Shown: one piece after another, positions 49,500-61,567 of the stretch
How positions within the stretch are numbered: the stretch's first letter is position 1
How the letters are laid out: every line of letters begins with the position of its first letter
Assembly: GCA_026770705.1 (NCBI GenBank)
Contig: JANJGN010000038.1
Coordinates: 5,704,001-5,768,000 of the forward strand
DNA: 64,000 nt
Direction: 5' to 3'
Source: Isurus oxyrinchus
Lineage: Eukaryota
Translations under genes and position numbers: made by a program
Notes under the pieces: model-generated
Seen by the model: only the letters and a program-made list of their open reading frames with translations
What the model was told of the DNA's origin: nothing
Databases searched by the model: none

Positions 49500-49950
49500 G
49501 TCGAAAACAAGGCCAGCCTTAACTGTCCTGCAATAAGTACCCTTGAGAAGGTGGCGGGGAGCCGACACCTTCAACAGCTGCAGTTTGTGCCGTGTGCCTC
49601 TTATTTGACTTTCCAAGAAGTGCTTTGACCCAACTAAATGGTCTTCTGGACCATTCCAAGGGCCGTTAAGAGTCAACCACGTTGTTGTGGGGCTCCAGCC
49701 TCACGTAGGCCAGGCTGGTAAGGGTAAGATTTCCTCCCCGAATGACATTAGTGAACCAGTTGCAACTTCATGACAATGAGGTTGTTCGATTATTAATGCA
49801 ATGAGTAATTTTATTCCAGTTTCGGTTTTAGTGAATTAAATGAATGGAAATCCCGCCAGCTGCCGTCGTGGCATTTAAATCATGTCTCTGGAGCATTTCT
49901 GATCTTCTCTGTATTACCAGCCCAGTTAATTTACCTCGATGCTGCTATTC
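49500..49950 (-). mobile_element. SINE-like element sharing its 3' tail with the CR1/L2-like LINE; related pieces at ~45220-45890(+)
   Basis: CCTTGAGAAGGTGG tail plus a decayed B-box-like head (cf. GAATTCAAATCCCACCACAGCAG at ~45258). Confidence 0.5.
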
Positions 49951-52917
49951 CCTTAGACTGAGATGACATTACCATCGCCACATCTGAATGATCACCCACC
50001 TGACCATGCTTCAAGCCTGCAGTTGTGGCTCTGAATAAACTCACATGGAATCGAAACGTTAACTCTGTTGCTCTCTCCTCAGACCCTGCCAGACCTGCTG
50101 AGTCTTTCCAGCACTTTCTGTTTTCAGTTCAGTAGTGGTTACTGTCCATGTATTAGAGCCACTAATGCAAGGCACTGGACATGTTGCAGTTGCTATTTTG
50201 AAATTATAGCATTTGGTTCTATGTATATAAAGTTCAGGAGCAGGCTCCAGTCTTACACACATCAATTTAGTTGTAAGGGATCCGTTGCCTTGTAGCCCGG
50301 TGTCTTAGCCTGACTCTGTTGTAACAGTGCACTTTATTTCCATTGGCCCCATATAACAGTGTCAACGATTGTTAAATGCTCATTTCGAAGTAACAAGACA
50401 GAAGATTTCCTGGAACTTAAGTTTGCACTGCCCTTCACTCTCTGCACAACAAAAAACTGCGATTGCTCTCCTCATCAACGAGAATCTTAGGATAGGTTTA
50501 TCAGAAATGGTCCAACGTGTGAGGGATGTTTTTCAATATTTAGGGAGAAGCTGTTCCACTGGCAAATGGATCAGTGATGCTGGGGCTTATGTTAATTCGA
50601 AATTAATACACTTATTATATTGCACAGTAAGATGTTTCTAATGATGTCACACTAAACCCTATCTCTCTGTATATTACACTAGGTTATGCATTAATTATAA
50701 CTGCATTACTCTCTGTCCCTCTCAATATGCCACAAAGCCCTGCATCAATTGATTCCACACCAGATTTATCCCTGGTTGACTTACACTCCGTGCTGTGTCA
50801 GAGATTATCGCTTTATGCCCCGCTTCAGTTTTATTAAATTGGGCTCAGTATCAGTAATCCTGTTCTGTAGCAGTTGATATTAATCTAGGCCGTTTACCAG
50901 TAATCACTACACTAGACCCTGCCGCTGTTTATATGAATACAGACTTTGTATCAGTAATCACTGTAGTAAACCCTGCCTAAGTGGATATTATCCATACCTT
51001 GTATCAGTAACCACTGAAAGAGACCCTGTCTTAGTTTATATTAATGCAAACATTGTATTAGTAATCACTGCAAGAGACCCTGTCTCAGTTGATAGTAATC
51101 AATACCTTGTATCAGTAATCCCTGTAAAAACCCTGACACACTTTATATCAATATAGACCTTGTATTGGTAATCACAGTAATAGACCCTGTCTCAGTTTAT
51201 ATTAATCCATGCCTTGTATCAATAATCACTGCAAAATAACCTTTCTCAGTTTATATAAATACAGATATTGTATTGGTAATTTCTGTAATAGAGGCTGCCT
51301 CAGTTTAAAATTACCAATAACCTGTTTCAGTATTCACTGTAATACACACTGTCTCAGTTTATATTAACCCATAACCTGTTTCAGTATTCACTGTAATACA
51401 CACTGTCTCAGTTTATAATAACCCATAACCTGTTTCAGTATTCACTGTAATACACACTGTCTCAGTTTATATTAATCCATAACCAGTTTCAGTATTCACT
51501 GTAATACACACTGTCTCAGTTTATAATAACCCATAACCTGTTTCAGTATTCACTGTAATACACACTGTCTCAGTTTATAATAACCCATAACCTGTTTCAA
51601 TATTCACTGTAATACACACTGTCTCAGTTTATAATAACCCATAACCTGTTTCAGTATTCACTGTAATACACACTGTCTCAGTTTATGATAACCCATAACC
51701 TGTTTCAGTATTCACTGTAATACACACTGTCTCAGTTTATGATAACCCATAACCTGTTTCAGTATTCACTGTAATACACACTGTCTCAGTTTATAATAAC
51801 ACATAACCTGTTTCAGTATTCACTGTAATACGCACTGTCTCAGTTTATAATAACCCATAACCTGTTTCAGTATTCACTGTAATACACACTGTCTCAGTTT
51901 ATAATAACCCATAACCTGTTTCAGTATTCACTGTAATACACACTGTCTCAGTTTATAATAACCCATAACCTGTGTCAGTATTCACTGTAATACACACTGT
52001 CTCAGTTTATAATAACCCATAACCTGTTTCAGTATTCACTGTAATACACACTGTCTCAGTTTATGATAACCCATAACCTGTTTCAGTATTCACTGTAATA
52101 CACACTGTCTCAGTTTATGATAACCCATAACCTGTTTCAGTATTCACTGTAATACACACTGTCTCAGTTTATAATAACCCATAACCTGTTTCAGTATTCA
52201 CTGTAATACACACTGTCTCAGTTTATAATAACCCATAACCTGTTTCAGTATTCACTGTAATACGCACTGTCTCAGTTTATAATAACCCATAACCTGTTTC
52301 AGTATTCACTGTAATACACACTGTCTCAGTTTTTAATAACCCATAACCTGTTTCAGTATTCACTGTAATACACACTGTCTCAGTTTATCATAACCCATAA
52401 CCTGTTTCAGTATTCACTGTAATACACACTGCCTCAGTTTATAATAACTCATAACCTGTATCAGTATTCACTGTAATACACACTGTCTCAGTTTATAATA
52501 ACCAATAACCTGTTTCAGTATTCACTGTAATACACACTGTCTCAGTTTATAATAACCCATAACCTGTTTCAGTATTCACTGTAATACACACCTTCTCATT
52601 TTATAATAACCCATAACCTGTTTCAGTATTCACTGTAATACACACTGTCTCAGTTTATAATAACCCATAACCTGTTTCAGTATTCACTGTAATACGCACT
52701 GTCTCAGTTTATAATAACCCATAACCTGTTTCAGTATTCACTGTAATACACACTGTCTCAGTTCATATTAAACCATATCCTGATTCAGTATTCACTGTAA
52801 TACACAATATCTCAGTTTATAATAACCCATAACCTGTTTCAGTATTCACTGTAATACACACTGTCTCAGTTTATATTAACTCATAACCTGTTTCAGTATT
52901 CACTGTAATACAGAGAT

Positions 52918-55154
52918 AAAAACAAAACAAAACTGCGGATGCTGGAAATCCAAAACAAAAACAGAATTACCTGGAAAAACTCAGCAGGTCTGGCAGCATC
53001 GGCGGAGAAGAAAAGAGTTGACGTTTCGAGTCCTCATGACCCTTCGACAGAACTTGATTTCGAGTCCAAGAAAGAGTTGAAATATAAGCTGGTTTAAGGT
53101 GTGTGTGTGGGGCGGAGAGATAGGGAGAGAGAGAGGTGATTGTGTAGACAAACAAGCAGTGATAGAAGCAGATCATCAAAAGATGTCAGCGACAATGGTA
53201 CAAAAGAACACATAGGTGTTAAAGTTAAAGTTGGTGATATTATCTAAACGAATGTGCTAATTAAGAATGGATGGTAGGGCTCTCAAGGTACAGCTCTAGT
53301 GGGGGTGGAGGGAGCATAAAAGATTTTAAAATATTTAAAAATAATGGAAATAGGTGGGAAAAGAAAAATCTATATAATTTATAGGGGAAAAAAAGGGAAA
53401 AAGGGGGAAACAGAAAGGGGGTGGGGATGGGGGAGGGAGCTCACGACCTAAAGTTGTTGAACTCAATATTCAGACCGGAAGGCTGTAAGGTGCCTAGTCG
53501 GAAGATGAGGTGTTGTTCCTCCAGTTTGCGTTGGGCTTCACTGGAACAATGCAGTAAGCCAAGGACAGACATGTGGGCAAGAGAGCAGGGTGGAGTGTTA
53601 AAATGGCAAGCGACAGGGAGGTTTGGGTCATTCTTGCAGACAGACCGCAGGTGTTCTGCAAAGCGGTCGCCCAGTTTACGTTTGGTCTCTCCAATGTAGA
53701 GAAGACCACATTGGGAGCAACGAATGCAGTAGACTAAGTTGGGGGAAATGCAAGTGAAATGCTGCTTCACTTGAAAGGAATGTTTGGGCCCTTGGACGGT
53801 GAGGAGAGAGGAAGTGAAGGGGCAGGTGTTACATCTTTTGCGTGGGCATGGGGTGGTGCCATAGGAGGGGGTTGAGGAGTAGGGGGTGATGGAGGAGTGG
53901 ACCAGGGTGTCCCGGAGGGAGTGATCCCTACGGAATGCCGATAAGGGGGGTGAAGGGAAGATGTGTTTGGTGGTGGCATCATGCTGGAGTTGGCGGAAAT
54001 GGCGGAGGATGATCCTTTGAATGCGGAGGCTGGTGGGGTGATAAGTGAGGACAAGGGAGACCCTATCATGTTTCTGGGAGGGAGGAGAAGGCGTGAGGGC
54101 GGATGCGCGGGAGATGGGCCGGACACGGCTGAGGGCCCTGTCAACGACCGTGGGTGGAAAACCTCGGTTAAGGAAGAAGGAGGACATGTCAGAGGAACCG
54201 TTTTTGAAGGTAGCATCATCGGAACAGATGCGACGAAGGTGAAGGAACTGGGAGAATGGGATGGAGTCCTTACAGGAAGCGGGGTGTGAGGAGCTGTAGT
54301 CGAGGTAGCTGTGGGAGTCGGTGGGTTTGTAATGGATATTGGTGGACAGTCTATCACCAGAGATTGAGACAGAGAGGTCAAGGAAGGGAAGGGAAGTGTC
54401 AGAGATGGACCACGTGAAAATGATGGAGGGGTGAAGATTGGAAGCAAAATTAATAAATTTTTCCAAGTCCCGACGAGAGCATGAAGCGGCACCGAAGTAA
54501 TCATCGATGTACCGGAGAAAAAGTTGTGGAAGGGGGCCGGGGTAGGACTGCAACAAGGAATGTTCCACATACCCCATAAAGAGACAGGCATAGCTGGGGC
54601 CCATGCGGGTACCCATAGCCACACCTTTTATTTGGAGAAAGTGAGAGGAGTTGAAGGAGAAATTGTTCAACGTGAGAACAAGTTCAGCCAGACGGAGGAG
54701 AGTAGTGGTGGATGGGGATTTCCCTATAAATTATATAGATTTTTCTTTTCCCACCTATTTCCATTATTTTTAAATATTTTAAAATCTTTTATGCTCCCCC
54801 CACCCCCACTAGAGCTGTACCTTGAGTGCCCTACCATCCATTCTTAATTAGCACATTCGTTTAGATAATATCACCAACTTTAACTTTAACACCTATGTGT
54901 TCTTTTGTACCATTGTCGCTGACATCTTTTGATGATCTGCTTCTATCACTGCTTGTTTGTCTACACAACCACTTCTCTCTCTCCCTATCTCTCCGCCCCA
55001 CACACACACCTTAAACCAGCTTATATTTCAACTCTTTCTTGGACTCGAAATCAAGTTCTGTCGAAGGGTCATGAGGACTCGAAACGTCAACTGTTTTCTT
55101 CTCCGCCGATGCTGCCAGACCTGCTGAGTTTTTCCAGGTAATTCTGTTTTTGTT
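52918..55154. mobile_element. Young Penelope-like insertion in satellite, foldback form (1.8-kb minus arm + 0.43-kb inverted 3'UTR)
   Basis: Junction at ~54720; TTCACTGTAATACA repeated at 52899-52912 and 55155-55168. Confidence 0.92.
53441..54720 (-). pseudogene. 5'-truncated Penelope RT/GIY-YIG ORF (open for >409 codons)
   Basis: GVAMGTRMGP, LRYIDD, LVYCIRC...YIGET; starts mid-RT at the inversion junction. Confidence 0.88.
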
Positions 55155-58100
55155 TTCACTGTAATACACACTGCCTCAGTTTATAATAACTCATAACCTG
55201 TTTCAGTATTCACTGTAATACACACTGTCTCAGTTTATAATAACCCATAACCTGTTTCAGTATTCACTGTAATACACAGTGTCTCAGTTTATATTAATCC
55301 ATGTCTTGTATCAGTAAGCACTGAAAGAGACCCTGTCTCAGATTTTATTAATACAAACCTTGTATTAGTAATCACCATAAGAGACCCTGCCTCAGTTGAT
55401 AGTAATCAATAACTTGTATCTGTAACCTCTGTAAAAACCTTGACACAGTTTATATCAATATAGACCTTGTCTTGTTAATCACTGGAATAGACCCTGTCTC
55501 AGTTAATATCAGCCCAGACCATGTATTGGTTATCACTGTAATAGACCGTGTCTCAGTTTATGTTAATCAATACCATGTATCAGCAATCACGGTAATACAC
55601 CCAGTCGCAGTTTATATTAATCCATGCCTTGAATCAATAATCACTGTGAAATACCCTTTCTCTGTTTATATATTCACCGATATTGTATTGGTGAATGCTG
55701 TAATAGAGCCTGTCTCAGTTTATATTAACCCATAACCTGTATCAGTATTCACAGTAATACACACTGTCGCTGTTTATATTAATGCAGATATTGTACTGGT
55801 AATCACCTCAATAGGCCTTGTCTCAGTTTTTATTAACCTGGACCCTGTATCAGTAATCTTTGTAATAGACTCTGCATAAGTTTAAATTAATTGAGACCAT
55901 TTATCAGTAATCACTGTAATCGAACCTGTCTCAGTTTATATTAATCTAGGCCCTGTATCATTACTTAATGTATTTAACCCATTCTCAGTTTATATTAATG
56001 CAGGCTTTATGTCGGTAACCACATTAATTGACCCTTTTTCAGTTTATCTTAATCCATACCATGTATTAGCAATTACTGTACTAGTCACTGCCTCAGTTTA
56101 TATCAATCCAGGACCTATATCAGTAATTATTGTACTAGACCCAGTCTCAGTTTATATTAATCCAGGACTGTATCAGTGATCATTGTCCTGTACTGAGTTT
56201 CAGATTATATCAATACAGACCCTGTGTCAGTAGTCGCTGTAAAACATGCTGTCTCAGTTTACACCAGTCCAGACCTTATATCACTAACACTGTAACAGAA
56301 CCTGTCTCAGTTTATATTAATCTAGACCCTGTATCAGTAACCACTGTAATAGACCGTGCATCAGTTGATATTATCCATATGTTGCATCAGTAACCACTAA
56401 AAGAGACATTGGCTCACTTGATATTAATCCATACATTGTATCAGCAATCACTGAAAGAGATTCTGCCTCTCCTTATATTAACACAGACCTTGTATCAGTG
56501 TTCAATGTAATGGACCCTGTCTCAGTGTATATTAACCTAGGCCCTGCATCAGAAATTACTGTACTACACAGAGTATCATATTATATCAATTCAGACCCTG
56601 TATTAGTAGTCGCAGTAATACACCCTGTTTCAATTTACACCAGCCCAGACCTTGTATCAGTAAACACTGTAATAGACTCTGTCTCATATTATATTAACCC
56701 ACGCCTTGTATCAGTAATCACTGTAATGGATCCTGCCTCAGTTGATATTAATCCATGCCTTGTATCAGTAACCACTGAAAGAGACCCTGCCTCAGTATAT
56801 ACTAATACAGGCCATGTATAGTAATCACTGAAATAGACCCATTGTACATCTATAGTAATCCATACATTGTAACAGTAATCATTGAAATAGGCCTTCCCTC
56901 ATTTTATATTAATCTAGGCCCCGCATTAGTAATTACTGTAATAGATCCTACCTCAGTTGATGTTAATCCATGCCTTGTATCAGTCACCACTAAAAGAGAC
57001 CCTATCTCCATTTATATTAATGCAGACATTATATCATTAGACACTGTATAAGACCCTCTTTAGGTTTATTTCAATCCATACATTGTAACAGTATTCACTG
57101 TAACTGTCGCTGTTGATATTAATCAATGCATTGTATCAGTGACCACTGAAGTAGACTGTGGCTCAGTTTATATCAATACAGGCCTTGTGTTGGTAATCAC
57201 TGTAATAGATCATGTCTCTGCTAATCTTAATTCACACCATGTATCAGTTATCATTGTAATTGACTCTGTCTCAGTACATATTATCCCCATACCCTGCATT
57301 CGTAATCACTGCAATAGACCCTGTCTTAGTTGATATGAAACAATAACTTGTATCAGTAGTTACTGTAATAAACCCTGCCTCAGTTTATGTAAATTGATAC
57401 TCTGTATCAATGATCACTGTAATAGGCCCTGCCTCAGTTCAAATTAATCCATACCTTGTATCAGCAAACCCTGTCTCACTTTACATTAACACAGACCTTG
57501 TCTCAGTAATCAGTGTAAAAGACCCTGACTCAGTTTATATCAATCCATACATTGTTATAGTAATCGCTAGAACAGACCCTGTCTGTGTTGTTATTAATTA
57601 ATACCTTGAATCATTGATCACTGAAGTAGACCCCGATTCAGTTTATATCAATACTGACCTTGTCTCGGTAATGACTGGAATAGACCCTATCACAGTTTAT
57701 ATCCATCCAGGTCTTGTATTGGTGATCACTGTAATAGACCCTGTGTCAGTTTCTTATAATCCATACCATGTATCAATAATAAATCTAACAGTCCTTGTCT
57801 CACTTTATTTTAATCCATACCTTGTATCAGTAATCACTGTAATGGACCATTTCATTTTATATTAATACAGGCCTTGTATCATTAATGACTATAAAAGACC
57901 TTATTTCAGTTTATATCAATCCAAATATTTTAACAATAACCACTGTAACAGACCCTGTCTCAGTGATATTAATCAATACCTTGTATCAGTAATCACTGAA
58001 GTAGATGCTGACTAAATCTATATTAGCACAGATCTAGTCTCGATAATGACGGGAATAGACTCTGTCTCAATTTATATCAATCCAGACCTTGTATTATGAA

Positions 58101-61100
58101 TCACTGAAAGAGACATGGTCTCTATTTACCTGAATCTAGTCCATGTATCAGTAAGAACTGTAACAGATACTGTCCCAGTTTATTTTAATCCATACCTTGG
58201 ATCAGTAACCGTTTATATTAATACTGAACTTGTCTCATTAATCACTGTAAAAGGCCCTGTCTCGGTTTAAATCAATCCATGCATTGCAACATTAATCATT
58301 GCAACAGACCCTGTCTCCGTTGAAATTAATTGATATCTTGTATCAGTAATCACTGAAGTAGGCCCTGACTCAGTTTAGATCCATCAAAGCCTTCTCTTGG
58401 CAACCACTGTAATAGAGCCTGCCTCTGTTTTAATTAATCCAGACTCTGTATCTGTAAGCATTGTAAGAGACCCTGTCTCAGTTTATTTCAATTCATACCA
58501 TATAACAGTAATCACTGTAGTAGGCCTTGTCTCATTTTATATTAATACAGACCCTGTATCAGGAATCACTGTAATAGCCTCTATCTCAGTTGATATGAAT
58601 CCATATCTTGTATCAGTGTAAACACTGTAATAGACCCTGTCTCAGATTATATTAATAGAGACATTGTATCAGTAATCAGTGTAATAGACCCTGTCTCAGT
58701 TCATATAATTACGGACATTGCTTTGGTAATTACTGTAATAGTACCTGTCTCAGTTTATATTAATCAATAAGTTGTATTATTACTCACTGAAATAGACGCT
58801 GTCCTGAGTCCATATTAATGTAGATCCTATATCAATAATCATTCTGATTGACACTGTCTCCATTTATATTAATCTAGACCCTGTATCAGTAATCACTGTA
58901 ATAGACCCTGTCTCAGTTCATATTGATACCGACTGTGAATTAGTAATTAGTCTAATAAATGCTGACTCAGTTTATATTAATCTAGACCCTGTTTGAATAA
59001 TCGTTGTAATAGACCCTGTTTCAATTTATATTAATCTAGACCCTGTATTAGTAATCACTGTAATAGACCCGATCTCAGTTGATATTAATCCATGCCTTGC
59101 ATCGGTAATCACTGTATTAGGCCTTCTCTCAGTTTATATTAATCTTGATCCTGTGTCACTAATCATTGTAATAGGCCCTGTCTCAGTTGATATTAATCAA
59201 AACCTTGAATCAGTAATCACTGATGCTGACCCTGATATAGTTTATATCAATACTGGTCTTCTATTGGTAATCACAGTAATATACCTTGTCTCAGTTTATA
59301 TTAATTCAGATCTCGTATTGGTAATTATTCTAATGGACCCTGCCTTAGTTTATATTAATCTAGACCCTGTATCAGAAATCAATGTAACAGACCCTGTCTG
59401 AGTTTATTTTAATCCATACCATATATCATTAATCATTGTAATAGGCCTTGTCTCAGTTTATATTAATCCATAACTTGTATCAGTAATCACTGTAATGGAC
59501 CCTGTCTCAATTTATATTAAGCCAGACGCTGTATCAGTAATCACTTTAACTGACCCTCTATCAATTGATGTGAATCCATATCTTTCATCAATATGCTCTG
59601 TAATAGGCACTGTCTCAGTTTATATTAACGCAGACATCGCATTGGTAATTACCATAATAAATCATGTCTTAGTTTATGTGAATCTAAAAACTTGTATCTG
59701 TAGTCACTATAACAAGCTCTGTCTCAGTGATATTAATCCATACCTTATATCAGTAATCGCTAATTAAGACAGGCATTCTATTGGTAATTACTGCAATAGG
59801 CCCTGTCCTTATTCTGTATTCATCTAGCTTCTGTATCAATAATCATTGTGATTGACCCTGTCTCCATTTACACTAATCTAGACTGTGTTTAATAAGCACT
59901 GTAATAGACCCTGCCTCAGTTGTTATTAATCCATACCTTGTATCAATAACAACTGTTAGATACGCTCTCTCAGTTTATAGTAATACAGGCATAGATTTTT
60001 GTAATTAATGTAATACACCCTTTCTCAGTGGATATTAAGCCATTACTTGTATCACTAATTACTGCAATAAACTCTGTTCATCAACTTATTAATCCATACC
60101 CTTCATCAGGAATGACTGTAATACGCCCTGTCTCAGTTTATGTAAGTCCATTACTTGTAATAGTAATTACTCCAATAGACCTTGACACAGTTTATATTCA
60201 TCTAGACCCTGTATCAGTCATCACTGAAATTGACCCTGACTCAGTTGATGTTAATCAACACCTTGTATCAGTAACCACTGTAATAGACCATGCCTTGGTT
60301 TATATTAATGCAGACCTTGTCTCAGTAATAAAAATAAAAGTCCCTGTCTCAGTTGATATTAATCAATACCTTGTATCCGTAATCACTGAAGTAGACTCTG
60401 AATGAATTTATATCAATCCAACCTTGTATTGGTAATCACTATAATAGTCAATGTCTCTGTTTATATTAATCTAGACCCTGTATTGGTAGTCATTGTAACA
60501 GGCCCTTTCAAGTTATGTTAATCAGTACCATATATCAGTAATCAAAGTAAAAGACCTTGTCTCAGTTTATACTAATCCAGACACTGTATCAGTAATCACT
60601 GTGATAAACCCTATCTCAGTTGATACAAATCCATGCCTTTTATCTGTAATCATTGTAATAGACCCTGTCTCAGTTTAAATTAATCCATAATTTGTATCAG
60701 TAATCACTGTAACAGACCTTGTCTCAGTTTATATTAGTACATACCTTGTTTCAGTAATCACTGTGATAGACCATGTTTCGGTTTATATTAACATATACAT
60801 TGTATTGGCAATTACTGTAATAGACCCAGTGCTAAGTCTATATTAATGTAGATCTTGTATCAATAATCACTGTGATTGACCCTGTCTCCATTTATAATAA
60901 TCTAAACTCTGTATTGGTAATCACTGTAATAGACCCTGATATAAACCCTGCCTCAAGTTATATTATTCTAGACCATGTATCAGTAATTACCATAATAGAC
61001 CCTGTCATAATTGCTATTCATCAATACTTTGTATCAGTAATCACTGAAGTAGACAATGACTATGTTTGTATCCATCCAAGCCTTGTATTGGCAATCATTG

Positions 61101-61324
61101 TAATAGACTTTGTCTCACTTTATATTAATCCATACCCTGTATCAGTAATCACTGGAAGAGACCCTGTCTCAGTTTATATTAATCTAGACCATTTATCATT
61201 AATAAATGTAACAGACCCTGTCTCAGTTAATTGTAATCGGTACCGTGTATCAGTAATCACTCGAATATACCCTGTCCAAGTTTATATTAACCCAGACATT
61301 GCATCAGTGATCACTGTAATAGAT

Positions 61325-61567
61325 AAAAACAAAAAAAACTGCGGATGCTGGAAATCCAAACCAAAAACAGAATTACCTGGAAAAACTCAGCAGGTCTGGC
61401 AGCATCGGCGGAGAAGAAAAGAGTTGACGATTCGAGTCCTCATGACCCTTCGACAGAACTTCAAGTTCTGTCGAAGGGTCATGAGGACTCGAAACGTCAA
61501 CTCTTTTCTTCTCCGCCGATGCTGCCAGACCTGCTGAGTTTTTCCAGGTAATTCTGTTTTTGTTTTG
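61325..61567. mobile_element. 243-bp Penelope-derived hairpin mini-element
   Basis: 108-bp inverted arms (61354-61461 / 61463-61570; 2 mismatches) around a 1-nt loop; 16-bp TSD GATCACTGTAATAGAT at 61309-61324 and 61568-61583. Confidence 0.93.

Noticed and set aside
51320-52912. CRISPR-like array or array of cryptic RSSs (CACTGT.. plus ATAATAACC, 8/9 match to the J nonamer)
   Set aside because: Units are contiguous with no unique spacers, and the DNA is vertebrate. Heptamer-nonamer spacings are 19, 9 or 7 nt, not 12 or 23.
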